Origin: Octopus sinensis
Taxonomy: Eukaryota
Direction of reading: 5' to 3'
DNA: 64,000 nucleotides
Assembly (NCBI RefSeq): GCF_006345805.1
Contig: NC_043013.1
Span: 27,590,001-27,654,000, forward strand
The notes beneath the pieces are model-generated. The model had not been told where the DNA came from and searched no databases. It saw nothing but the letters and a program-made list of their open reading frames with translations. This document shows, piece after piece, positions 24,726 through 37,837 of this stretch. The position numbers and the translations under genes are program-made. Positions within the stretch are counted from its first letter, which is position 1, and each line of letters opens with the position of its first letter.

Positions 24726-25598
24726 GGTGATTTGCAATATAGTCACAGTGAAAGACCTTCAAAATTGGATGAAGATGTTTTAAAGGCAAAAATCGAAGAA
24801 AACTCAAATATTATGACAAAAGAACTTGCAAAGGAGTTGGAAGTTTCTAAAAATATGGCTCATGAACACCTAGTGAAGCTAGGATAGATTTCTTGCAAAC
24901 TCTCAGAAAAGAATTGCTTGGACTGGTATTCTGTTTGTGATATGCTTTTAAAATGGAATGAAAGCATGCCTTTTTTTAAACAACTTGTGACTGGAGATGA
25001 AAAATGGATTGTGTATGAAAATGTAGTGCAGAAAAGATCCAGGAGTTTGTGTAAGGATCTCCCAAAACAGCAACCAAATACGAATATCCATCATGAAAAA
25101 ACTTATGCTTTGTGTTTGGTGGGATCATAAAGGCATTATTTATTATGAGTCACTCCCACAAAACCAGACCATTAATTCTGATATGGTCTGTCATCAGCTG
25201 GTTAATTTGAATAAAAAAAAAATCAAAGAATTGAAGCTAGAGATTGCAACAGGAAAGGGGTGGTGTTCCAACAAGACAATGCCCAACCATGTGTCTTTGT
25301 CAACCTGAACAAATTTAAATGAACTTGGCTGGGATCTCCTACCCCATCAAACATATTCTCCTGATATTGTGCCATCTGACCACCACTTGTTTTTTGTCTC
25401 TACAGAACTCATTGCAAGGAAAAACATTTAATGATTTAGGTAGAGTCAAAATGCATCAAAATAACTTTTTTCCTTCAAAACCAGTCAAATTTTATGCTGA
25501 TGGAATTTTAAAATTTCCTGATAGATGGGCAAAGGTCAATTATTTATATCCCTTTATGCATATTAAAAAACACTCAGAACTTTCCGAACAACGTAATA
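24726..25598 (+). mobile_element. Mariner (DD34D) transposase pseudogene with 3' TIR
   Basis: RPSKLDED HTH, VTGDEKW, KLMLCVWWD, QQDNA, DIVPSDHHLF, GILKFPDRW across frameshifts; TIR-like cagaactttccgaacaacgtaata. Confidence 0.9.
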
Positions 25599-26774
25599 TA
25601 TGTATATGACAAGAGAATTTTATCCAAGAAGCAAAACAGAATCTAAATATGATGCCAACATTACAATTTTGCTTCCTTTAGAAACAACTGGCAAAATCCC
25701 AAACAATATTAACAAGGCAACACCAACGTCCTCTCTACGATTAGCCAGAGATGATTTTTAAAATGAGAGTATCTGAAATAAACTTGATGATTTACGATAA
25801 ACTTGTCTTTCATCCTTTTGTGATCTATAAAATAAGTACCAGTTAAACAATGGGCGCAATGTAAAGTTGCTTAATGTTGCTGGCCTTGTGCCAAAATTTG
25901 AAACCATTACATGTGCAAAATATAAACTCCCCTCTCTGATAAGATAAATTCTGCTGCAGATGTAATTCCATTATAAATTGGTAACTATACCTGACAGCTA
26001 CATGAATTGGAAGATGTAAAGTTAAATGTTACTGCCCAAATACACAATGAAATACCTGCAGTAAATTTTAACTTAAGACATATAAGCTGATTGTTAGTCA
26101 AATACTACATCCACTCCATCGTTTATCATCTATGCTACTGCAACATTAACTATACCCATTACTTGAATATAAGCAAATGTTGTTTGTTTGTGGTTTATAA
26201 AACATATGAAGGAACAATGAAAATTTGAATTCACCAACTAATGTTTCACCAGGGTGCGATAGAAATACCTCCCACATTTGTTTCACTAATGTTTGTCGCC
26301 TTAATTTATATGAAGAAAATGCAGAGAGAATAGCAATTTTTAGCTAATGATTACAAAACTGTTGCTACTTTTGTTAGATTAAAGGACCTTAGTTTCCTTC
26401 AGTTGTTATAATACTTGTTGAAGCCAAATCACATGTGATTAAACATCAATATGGTGACTGATATCATTGATCAGACAAGTATGAAGAAAGTTATGTTTTG
26501 ATGAGGAGATCTAATAAGATCAAAATATGCCAGAAATTGTCACCCATATTTGCTAAGATTAAATCAATATTAGTCAATGAGCAAGTGCCTTCTTGTCACC
26601 ACATAAGTATGACTGATTAATAAAATTTCTTTTTTTTTTAACTTGACTGTAGGAAATGTAATGGTTGACATCTACAGACAATCGTCCATGAATGTGTCTT
26701 CGTAAAACTTTTGGATCTCTGGAGTAACATTACTCAACAGGGTGTCATCAGACACTTACAGTTCTCTTTCAACA

Positions 26775-27660
26775 GACAATGCAGTCAGTGAAAAGTTCCA
26801 TTCTTGTGTTCTATAGAGGGCTAGTGGTGGGCAAGTGTGACATTCTTGGGGAGACTCTGGGCATTGATGAGAACCAACTGGATAGGCTGTTCCAGAGGAC
26901 TTTTGGGCTGGGGCCTATGGATAATTTCCAGGAATCCTTGGCCTAGCAGTGCTAGCGGGGGCATTGCCAGTTTGGGATAAACTCTACAGGCACAGAAGCT
27001 AAATCAGCTGGACCTATCCGAGATGCATGCAAAGTGATGAAACTGTTCTGCATGCTCTTGTCCAGTACCTGTGTATTTTTGACTTGTAGATTTATATTGA
27101 ACATCTGCTGTCATGTTTGGGATAGATCTGGCTATCAGCTGAGCTCATTATGAAGATAGTCCCACAGCCTTCCTTTGACCTGGAAGAGCAGGCTGTCTTT
27201 TGTTGCCTAGTAGCTTTAGCAAAAGAAGTTGTGTGGTGGACCAGATTGAAAGGGCTGAAGACAGATAATTTCCTCTTTGGCCAAGCCCTTACCTACTTTT
27301 TCAAGTTTTACCTGAAAAGGAAACTGAAGGTGAAGAGGGAAGTGCTGCCTCCCAACAAATTTGTTAAAAGGTGGGTGTATGTTGCAAGAATGATTTGAGT
27401 GAATGAGCTTACACTAAGCATGTGCCCGCCTGTAAGTTGAAGAAGCACAATGTGAAGAGGGCACTTGCTCTAGTGTTTAGGACGACAGTGGCTTTTGTGG
27501 GGTCTCCATGAGCAGCCCTAGGAAGTTTCCCTCATTTGGGGAATTTATTGTTACTGTTTTATTTCTTACATGCCTTTTATGTAATCCCACATTTTATTGT
27601 CCTGTACTGTTGCCAATGTTTCTGTGAGCTCTTAGTGGTTAATAAAGAAAACATTATTAT
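26775..27660 (+). mobile_element. Tx1/L1-clade LINE 3' portion, degenerate
   Basis: GPMDNFQESLA..., ALPVWDKLYRH, C..CMQSDETVLHALVQ (zf-RVT-like CCHC) and ORF 27150..27398; ends aataaagaaa. Confidence 0.7.
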
Positions 27661-28193
27661 CGTCATCAACTATTATATTATTAGTAATTCTTATCAACAC
27701 TCCACCCTTTTTTATAATCTGTTTCTTTTATATCAAGTCATGTATTACATTAAAAGAGAAAAGTAAAATACTACCACACCCAGAATATATAAAAAAAAAA
27801 GTGAAAATTATTGTACTTACAATACTGGTAAGGTAAGAAAAATAACTATAGACACCATGTGGAAACAACAATGCTAGACATGAATATCATGTGAAAAGAG
27901 AAAAAGCTATAGGAAAATGAGGATAACTACATAAATAAAAAAGGCAGTTGGCAGACAATAGGCGTCCTTAGTTACAGGTACACAACAAGCCAAACGTTAG
28001 TTCACTGAATTCCTGATAGTGAGATTGACAAGGTAGTTACTGCAACTTGTAACAGATCAAGTATTAAAAAGATTTTGTTTTTTTAAAAAAGAAAAAGGCG
28101 AAAAAAAAAAGCAGCTTTTTGATTTTCTTAGTGATGTTTATACTCTTTGTCAATATTTACATCCTCTGCTGTTGTATATTGGTGGAAGAGGTG

Positions 28194-28232
<39 letters not shown>

Positions 28233-30930
28233 CAATCAAGAAGTTTGCCTCCTAACCCTGATCTAACCAACCATTCCATCAGGTTCTGAACTGATCAACC
28301 AGTTAACATCACAAGATCCTCAAAAGCCAATTAGGATAATAAAAACGTTTTTTTTTCAAATTTCAACAGGTTTAAATGGAAATGGGTTCGTTAATAAACA
28401 GAATCAAGGTTTTCTGAATTCAACAAGACTACGGTCTCTAGCATGGACACCACAGGACACACATTCAAATGAAATACTGATAAATACATCCAAAACTCAT
28501 GTTGTAGACGCTGTGGAGACATACACTAAAACAACAAAACAAATCTTACATCAAAGCAAACTGATGTAAAATCATCATCATCATCATCATTTAATGCCTG
28601 TTTTCCATGCTAGCATGGATTGGAAGGTTTAACAGGAGCTGACCAGCTGAAGGGCTGTTCAGGCTCCATGTCTGTTTTGGCATGGTTTCTATGGCTGGAT
28701 GCCCTTCCTAATGCCAACCACTTTGCAGAGTGTACTGGGAACTTTTATGCGACACTGGCACCAGCACTAGTGAGGTCACCGAGTAACTTGCAGGACACAA
28801 TCCCTCTGTTGGAGAAGAGAGTAGTACTGAAGGAAGTGGCTTTATGCCAGGTGAAGAAACTTTTAAAGTATACACGGCCAACCTGCACCCCTCATGCTGC
28901 CCTCGATGAGTTTCTAGGCTACTAATTTGCAGCATACCCTAAGAGTAGCAACATCTCAAATTCTACCTAATATTGAAAATATGGTAAAGAATGTGAATGA
29001 GCAAAAATCTTATTGACACAGATAATGAAATTTTTTCTTTAATAAAATATCAATGAATTTTCTTTTTTTTTTTACTTCAATATTTTAAACTATAATTTAT
29101 TTACACTAGTAATCATCATTAGTTTCATTAGTAAATAATGAAAGAGATGCCAGTTTAACATAAACTTTATTACTAAGATAAATAAAATTAAGAAGAACTG
29201 CAAAGAATTCAGGGTAAAGTGGGCAAGTAATATTTAATGCATGTGTTTTATCATGTGGCCCTCTCCCACTTGGAAATGGTACAATGTGGGCCCCAGTTAA
29301 TGAAAAGTTGCCCATCCCTGTTTTAAAGTATGTTAGAAGGAGAAGAACAGGTGTCTTGCTCCAAAGAAGATATACGTTTACTCCAGTTGGAAAAGAAAAA
29401 AAAGGCTAGTGGTGAAGTTGTATCAGGATAGACTCTCAAGTTACAGGAAGGTCAATGAGTATAAGAGAAGATGGTGTGGGATGGGGTAAGTAAATTCACA
29501 AGGGTGTGAGAAGTGAGCGGTGAATTCATGAAAAATGTTAGCAACTAACAAAGTGCATTATTAAAATTATTCACCCATTCACACAGAAACAAGTTTTGAA
29601 GTGAAAGAGTGAAAAGAATAATGGAAATTAGGGTGTGAGATAAGAAATAACAATCAGTGCAATGATCAAACTGCAATGAAAATATTTTTCTTCCTTTTTT
29701 TAAATATATCTTTTATTTCACTCAAAATTCATTTCATCATAATTTTTTATTATTTAGTGATGGTAAGGTGGTAAGCTGGCAGAATTGTTAGCACGCCAGG
29801 TGAAATGTTTACGAGTATTTCATCTGCTGCTATGTTCTAAGTTCAAATTCTGTCAAGGTCGACATAATCGACTGCCCCCCCCCTCTCAAATTTCCGGCCT
29901 TGTGCTTATAATAAGAAAGAATTATTTAGTGTTGGTCATTCTAGTTTTTCAACAGCCTTTTATGGCTGCAAATAAATGAAATTTCTCAGAGTTAACAACA
30001 AGAATGGCTGAGAACCTTATAGGTGCAGGAGTGGCTGTGTGGTCAAGACACCTGCTTTGTAACCAGATGGTTTCAGGTTCGGTCCCACTGCATAACACCT
30101 TGGGTAAGTGTCTTCTGCTAAAGCTCCACACAAGACAACAGCTAAATATGGATATGGACAAAGAAGACTGAAGTATTACAGTAAATGGTAAGAGAGATAA
30201 ACTATGTATCTCTGAATAATTAAAATAATGTAATATTTGTGTGCATGTGGTTAACTCAACACAAATCAAAAAGTAAAGGCTGAAAGGTTTTTTAATTCCC
30301 ATCATTTGGACATTGAGAAAATGTGGCAAGCTGGCAGGAACGTTAGCACGCCGGGCGAAATGCTTAGCAGTATTTCGTCTGCCGCTAGCTATGTACTGAG
30401 TTCAAATTCCGCTGAGGTCGACTTTGCCTTTCATCCTTTCGGGGGGGGGGGGTTGATTAAATAAGTAATCAACTTAATCCATTTGTCTGTCCTTGTTTGT
30501 CCCTTCTGTGTTCAGCCCCTTGTGGGTAGTAAAGAAATAGGATTGGCTGACTGTTGAATAATGTACATATAGACTTAACAGAACACTGGGTTGGAACCAA
30601 AAGGAATGATAGCAGGAAGAGGTGTGAATCAAACGTTTTGAGTGGGAGTGGGAAATAGGTGATGGTGGAAAGGGGATGGACAAATAACAATAACAAAATG
30701 TATGAGCAGAGAGAGAGAGGGAGAGAGAGCGAGGTTGTGAGAGATGAGTGGGAGGTAAGGATATGAAGGTGAGGGGAAAGGGAAAGTCTCTTTTTAAAAA
30801 ACACAATCAAATGGTTGTGCATGTGTGCGTGTGTGTGTCTGTGTGTAATGTGTATACTGTAAGCTATTGATGTCTTAATGTTGCTCTCATCCCCTCCCTC
30901 TCTGTTTATGTATGTGAGTATCTAGTTATA

Positions 30931-31107
30931 CTCTTTTACTTGTTTCAGTCATTTGACTGTGGCCATGCTGGAGTACTGCCTTTAGTCGAGTAAATCGACC
31001 CCAGGACTTATTCTTTGTAAGCCTAGTACTTATTCTATCAGTGTCATTTGCCGAACCGCTAAGTTACGGGGACCTAAACACAGACACAAACATATACACA
31101 CACATAC

Positions 31108-31151
<44 letters not shown>

Positions 31152-31309
31152 GGCTTCTTTCAGTTTCCGTCTACCAAATCCACTCACAAGGCTTTGGTCG
31201 GCCTGAGGCTATAGTAGAAGACACTTGCTCAAGGTGCCATGCAGTGGGACTGAACCCAGGACCATGTGGTTCGTAAGCAAGCTACTTACCACACAGCCAC
31301 TCCTACGCA
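30931..31309 (-). mobile_element. SINE family B, full length
   Basis: Reverse complement of 49004..49416. Confidence 0.85.
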
Positions 31310-31779
31310 TATGTGTGATCCCTCTCTCTCTTACTCTGTTTCTCTGTTTGTATGCGTATGTTTCCATGCAGGTTTACGCGTGCGTGTGTGTGTGTATATT
31401 TGCCTCCAGTGCCAAAATACGCAATCATCAAAACAGGTTGATTTTCCAGTGAGCCATAGCAAACCACTCAGGTATGCACAGTCATCTCATTCTGAGAGAA
31501 AAGATGTGGCATTCATTCATGAGTTTTTCAAAAGCTTTAGCATTTACTAAACCTAGATACAGAGGAATGAGGAAATGAAAATGAGCAGTGGATTTGTATG
31601 ACCTACACCATCAGTAAACTACCCGAGAAGGCCCAAAAACTCAGACTTATTTGGGTATGAGAAAAAATTTTATTTTTCCCAAAAGAATTTACAAAACATC
31701 AGGTGTCTACAAGAAAGTTGAAAGCAGTTTTGTGAGTTTCGTGTGACAGGAGTTGGTTCCAGCTTTACACAAAGAAACC

Positions 31780-32013
31780 TTAACTCTTTAGCATTTAAAC
31801 TGGTTATACTTGGCACATATATTCTGTTTTGTGTTCAAACCAACCTGATCCAGTCTCCCATTCCTACTCTACAATGTCATTCTAAAAATGAACAATCAGG
31901 TCACTGAAATATCAAAGCTATGAGGATATTCATGATTAATTAAAAACAATTCAAAACAATGTGAATAAATAAGAACCACATTTGATAGACTAATCTGAAT
32001 GGTAGAAGGTTAA
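31780..32013 (+). mobile_element. piggyBac-type MITE family 1
   Basis: ttaactctttagcatttaaactgg ... gaatggtagaaggttaa. Confidence 0.75.
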
Positions 32014-32243
32014 ATCTAATTAAACTCCCTTGATTCTGAATTTTAGAATTTTATCATCAGATATTTAAAAAAAAAAACTGAAGAAAGAAAGAAGAAATAA
32101 ATATCTACAGATAATTTTGTCATGCATTGCCAACTCAGAAGCCAGGTTGAGCATACATATACATACATACACACACACACACACACATACACATTAGGGT
32201 AATGAAAGAAAGAAATGGTGAATATATTTTTAGTCATACTTAC

Positions 32244-32491
32244 TTAGACATCATTCCCAAAGTAGATTCTGTTATGTCATAGGTTGGCATCACAATGTCT
32301 TTTGTTTCATGAGAACCACACCAAGAAAATATTGGATATGTTTGCTTACTTGACTTCTCAGATAATGGCCAGTCACCAAGGTTGATAAAGAAATCCATAT
32401 CAGGCAGGATAACTTTGCGAGCCAATGAAAGGAATGGCGTATCAGAAAACATACTAAACCCTGTGTGTTCTCCATAACACTTACGGCTCAA
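32244..32491 (-). CDS. POGLUT2: POGLUT2-like exon: [12 protein letters not shown]...FFINLGDWP...[29 protein letters not shown]
   Basis: ORF 32240..32491; acceptor atttcag|ttg, donor aa|gtaagt; GT90 motifs. Confidence 0.95.
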
Positions 32492-33140
32492 CTGAAATAA
32501 ATGGGAAGAGAATATTATTGTTTGTTGTTATTTCTTTTTTAACAAGTTGAATGCAGCATCAAAAAAAAAAAAAAATCCTATCAGAAAATTTTTCAAAAAG
32601 ATCAAAAATCAAAATCAAAATGGAAATTGTAGTTGTGGACAATGCCAATTCCACCTGACTGGCATGTAAAAAGTACCATGCACATATGGTCAATACCAGT
32701 TCCACCTGATTGGCACCCATGCTGGTGGCATGTAAAAAGTACCATGCAAATGTGGTCAATGCCAGTGCTGCCTGACTGGCTCCTGTATCAGTAGCATGTA
32801 AAAAGCACCCCCACTATACTCTCAGAGTGATTGGCATTAGGAAGGACATCCAGCTGTAGAAACTTTGCCAGGTCAGATTGGTGTCTGGCACAGCCTACTG
32901 GCTTGCCAGTCCCCAGTCAAACCGTCCAACCCATGCCAGCATGGAAAATGGACGTTAAATGATGATGATGAAGACGAGAGTGACTAATTTCTTGAATGTA
33001 GATGTCCTGATTTCCATTTTAAGTCAATAACAATGCTTACCTGTTGATGAGTACTTATCACAAAAAAGCCAAGGACTGTTTAAAAAATTCAGAATGTAGC
33101 TATTTTTACGAGATTTGTTTATAAGAAGATGTGCAGTTCT

Positions 33141-33362
33141 TTAACCATCTAGCATTCATGTCACTCAGTAAAAGTCGTGCTTATTTATTCATACCATTTT
33201 GAATTAATCATGCTATATCTTGTAACATTTCGATGATGTAACTGTTTACTTTTAGAATGTTATTGTAGAGTAGATGTGAAAGACTAGATCTGGCCAATTT
33301 GAGCCTAAAACAGGCAGAACATTTTGGCCAGATATGATCGGCTTTAATGCTAAAGGGCTAAA
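33141..33362 (-). mobile_element. piggyBac-type MITE family 1 (opposite orientation)
   Basis: ttaaccatctagcattc ... tttaatgctaaagggctaa; reverse complement of family 1. Confidence 0.7.
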
Positions 33363-33601
33363 CATGCACACACATTTTAATTGACAGCCACGTTTGCAAA
33401 GAACCATCCACAAAGCTTCTCCATTGATAATATCAAAGGAATTAATAAGGTCAGAAAATACCTGATAAAATGATACTCAAAATTCATTACACTCCTGAAG
33501 TTACCTACAGAGAAAATCGCATCCACTGTTCCTGCCAACTCAGAAGCCAGGTTGAGCATACATATACACACACACATACATACATATATATACATAGTAG
33601 G

Positions 33602-33922
33602 AGCACTCCGTCGGTTACGACAACGAGGGTCCCAGCTGATACGATCAACAGAACAGCTTGCTCGTGAAATTAATGTGCAAGTGACTGAGCAATCCACAAG
33701 AACGTGTGCCCCTAACGCAGTTCTCAATGAGATTCAGCATGACACAGAGTGGGACAAGGCCGGCCCTTTGAAAAACAGGTACAACTCATTTTTATCAGCC
33801 AAGTGGACTGGAGCAACATGAAATAAAGTGTCTTGCTCAAGGACACAATGCGTTGCCAGGAATTGAACTCACAACCTTACAATTGTGAGCCGAATGCCCT
33901 AACCACTAAGCCACATGCCTTC
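33602..33922 (-). mobile_element. tRNA-type SINE family C
   Basis: gaaggcatgtggcttagtggttaggg...gagttcaattcc A/B-box head; related copies at 4540..5110 (minus), 42635..42945 (plus) and 51395..51660. Confidence 0.8.
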
Positions 33923-33932
33923 ACACACATAC

Positions 33933-33993
<61 letters not shown>

Positions 33994-34873
33994 TACATCA
34001 ACATACACACACAATTAATCCACATTACTCAGTGAAAAGCATAGGACTGGTTTCCTAATTTCTCTGGCATTTATATTCCTTTCAGTACAATTCACCAATC
34101 CATTGCAAAATTAATCATTTTTATCAGTTGAGTGGACTGGAATAACATGAATTGAAGTGTTTTGTTCAAGGGCATAATACATCACCCAGTCCAGGAATTG
34201 AAACCACAATTGTAAGATTGTGAGTCGAACACCCTAACAACTAAGCCATGTGCCTCCACTACATATATATGTGTGAGCGTGTGCATGCCTGTGTGTGTGT
34301 CTGTGTAGCATCACCATCATTTAATGTCCTCTTTTCCATGTTAGCATGGATTAAATGGAGTTAGTTGAGGCAGATTTTCTATGACAAGATTCCTTTCTTG
34401 TCACCAACTGTTCAAAGGTAATATTTTCCTATAGACAGACATATTTTTCACAGCAGATTGGAAACAAACAACCTCACTTGCATAACGGTGACACTCATTT
34501 ACAACCATCAAATGATGTTAAAACAAGGGTACACATAAAAACAAACACATCATCATTCTCATCTTCATCTTTGTTTAACATCCATTTTCCATGCTAGCAT
34601 GGGTGGAATGGTTTGGCAGGAGCTGATGGTCCATAGGACCTATGTTTGCTTTGGCATGGTTTCTACAGCAAGATGACCTTCCTAATGCCAACCAATTTTA
34701 CAGAATGTACTGGATGCTTTTTCTCTCTATAAAATCCACTCACAAGGCTTTGGTCAGCCCAAAGTGCCTTGCAGTGGGATTGAACCCAGGACCACATGGC
34801 TGGGAAGCGTCTTAACCACACAGTCACACTTCCTCCGAATATACACACATATATAAAATGTTGTTTTACTTGC

Positions 34874-35088
34874 CTTATTGTTGATTATTTTGTAATGACA
34901 AATACTATGTTGTCCATGGTGATTGAATCTTTTGACTATTTTTGGAGCTAATTTTTCCATATTTATTGCATTTTTCCAAATCTGTAAGTCATCATCAATT
35001 TGTTTGTATGTTGAAGGACATTCCATTGCTTTAAGCCATTTGTCAAAATTCAACACTGGACAATAACAATCCTCGTGATATGAAGTTC
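34874..35088 (-). CDS. POGLUT2: POGLUT2-like exon: GTSYHEDCYCP...MECPSTYKQIDDDL...HSICHYKIINNK
   Basis: Acceptor ttttgtatttcag|g. YHE.C.CP and CHY..NNK motifs. Ends at a non-canonical AAG|GCAAGT donor; 215 nt keeps the frame into the next exon. Confidence 0.9.
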
Positions 35089-37139
35089 CTGAAATACAAA
35101 AAATATAAATAAAAATGAAATAAAGGGATATTTGAATGAGGAATGAATAACACTGTGTAACAACATTTTAATTTCTTTTTTTCCTGTCTTTCCTATTTGC
35201 TTCCATCGAGAAATCAAAGGAAATGAACCCTATTCCCTTCAGACTTTGCTTTTGTGATCTAGATGTCAATATTTCGAAACTGACCTGTTTTCCATTACAT
35301 TTCAGACAAATTCAACACCGAGCTGCTGAGGCAGAAATATCATTGAAGTAAATATTCTTCTCAATACCACAGATTAGCTTGTTAGTTGCTTGACCACAAC
35401 CACTTGAGAATGTGCCTTAGTGGCTGACAATATGTCCATTTCTGATCATAAGCAGGAGTAGTGGGATCATCGTAGTCATGTGTTGAAAGGGATTCTGTGG
35501 GGTTTGAATAAATATCATAACAAAAGCAAAGTTTGATGGAAGTGTTAGCCATTTTCCATACTTTCTAGCGGTAAGCAAATAGAAAATAAGAGTTGCTACC
35601 CAAGGATAAAAATCATGTTACACAGTGTAATTAGTTTGACTAAATTCAATATAATATTGGTAATTAAGGTGGTGGAATTGTTAGCACACTGGGAAAAATG
35701 CTCAGTGACATTTCTTCTGTTTTTATGTTCCAAGTTCAAATTCCACTGAGATTGACTTTACCTTTCATCCTTTCAAGGTCAATAAAATAAGTACCAGTCG
35801 AATACTGGGGTTGATGTAATCAAATTACCCCATTCCCTGAGATTGCTGGCCTTGTGCCATAATTTGAAACCAATATAATATTGGTACCTGTTGTGAAGGC
35901 TGAAAAACCAAGTTAATTCCTGCAATACAATCTTAACTGTCCTATGAAACTAACTACTGTAATCTTTTTTTCCTTATTTTTACTCATGTCAATCATTGAA
36001 CTGTGACCATGCTGGAGCAAAACCTTGAAGGGTTTTGGTTAAACAAATTGACTTCAGAACTTAGTAATTATTTGTAATGCTTGGTACTTAATCTTTCTGT
36101 CCCTTTTGTCAAACAACTAGGTTGCAGCAATATAAACAAACCAACACCGGTTGTTGGAAGACAAATACAAACTTACATGAAGGGCTTTGTTCAGTTTCCA
36201 TCTACCAAATCCCCTCACAAGGCTTTGGTTTACCCAGGGCTATTGCAGAAAACATCTGTCTAAAGTGTCATGCAGTGGGTTTGAATTCAAGACATAGTGA
36301 CTGGAAAGCAAACTTCTAAATCACACAGCCACACTTATGCCTGATGATAGTAATAATAATAATTTCTAATTTATGCACAAGGCCAGAAGTTCTGAAGTGA
36401 TGCGGAAGTTAAGCAGTCATATTAACCTCAGTAATTAATCAGCACTTCATTTTATCAACAGAAGGAACAAAAAGCGAAGTTGACCTAGGTAGGATTTGAA
36501 CCAAGAACATAAAGAGCCAAAACAAATATAGCAAGACACTCTAAATATTCTTCCAGCCCATCTTGACAATGATGATGATGATTTCTTTATTAAAAACTAA
36601 GAGTTGACAAAAACATTGGAGACATTACAGGATGATACAGTGTGAGATACCATAAGGGAGTATGCAAAAAGTAAAATAACAAACACAAAGAAATGATAAA
36701 CATGATAATGACATTAAACGATGATGATGATGATGATGATCTGAAATGGAGAACTATTCAATGATAAGGAGTTACAAGTAGAAATATCTAGACTATAGAG
36801 ATAGAAAAGAGAAACAATCCTCAGAGGAATAGTTACCTTAACACTGATAAAACCACTGCAAAGTCCAGTTGTTGTGATGTAGTTTGTGTGCCTCAATGAC
36901 CCCGAGAGCTATGCCAGTGGAGCTTGCTAGGGACCTAAGTGTCTCATAGACTTAGGGTAATCAGAACATGAAGTCATTGTTTTACAATGACATATTCAAA
37001 ATTGTAGCCTCATTTGGATTGTCACAATATTTTGGTTTTTGTGTCATCAGGCCTTTTCTATGTGTCTGTCATATTTGATATGATAATGTTCTCAGAATTT
37101 CAAACACAACCCATTATTAAAATCCTTGGAAATAGATTA

Positions 37140-37837
37140 CCCAAGCGGTTGAGGGAACCTGTGGAAGAGGTAGACCCAGGAAAACCTGGGACGAGGTGGT
37201 GAAGCACGACCTTCGAACTTTAGGTCTCACTGAGGAAATGACTAGAGACTGAGACCTATGGAAGTATGTTGTGTGTGAGAAGACCTGGCAGGACAAGTGA
37301 GGCCATAATCCTGTGGCCTATACCTGGGATGTAGCCAGCCCACTTATGCATTCCTTTCCTTCTTTGGACACAAAACTCCACTTGTGAAGACCTGTTGAGG
37401 CAAGTGAAAATCAAAATCGTAATCTATCAACATCAATGGAATTTGTAGCTGTGATACCAGTGCCGGTGGCACATAAGAGAACCATCTGAACGTGGCCGTA
37501 GCCAGCCCCGCCCGACTGGCCTCCGTGCCAGTGGCATGTAAAAAGCACCATCCGACCGTGGCCGTTGCCAGCTTCGTCTGGTCCCCGTGCCGGTGGCATG
37601 TAAAAAGCACCATCCGACCGTGGCCGTTTGCCAGCCTCGTCTGGCACCTGTGCCGATGGCATGTAAAAAGCACCCACTACACTCACGGATTGGTTGGCGT
37701 TAGGAAGGGCATCCAGCTGTAGAAACACTGCCAGATCAGACTGGGCCTGGTGCAGCCTTCTGGCTTCCCAGACCCCAGTTGAACCGTCCAACCCATGCCA
37801 GCATGGAAATCGAACGTTAAACGATGATGATGATGAT
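37140..37837 (+). mobile_element. RTE family A-related LINE 3' end
   Basis: VEGTCGRGRPRKTWDEVVKHDLRTLGL coding tail, four subrepeats, (gat)n tail. Confidence 0.85.

Noticed and set aside
28370-28570. Plus-strand acceptor (ttttcaaatttcaacag|) followed by ~64 open codons
   Set aside because: No recognisable homology, no partner exons, and open frames of this size are common in this window; RNA-seq would be needed.
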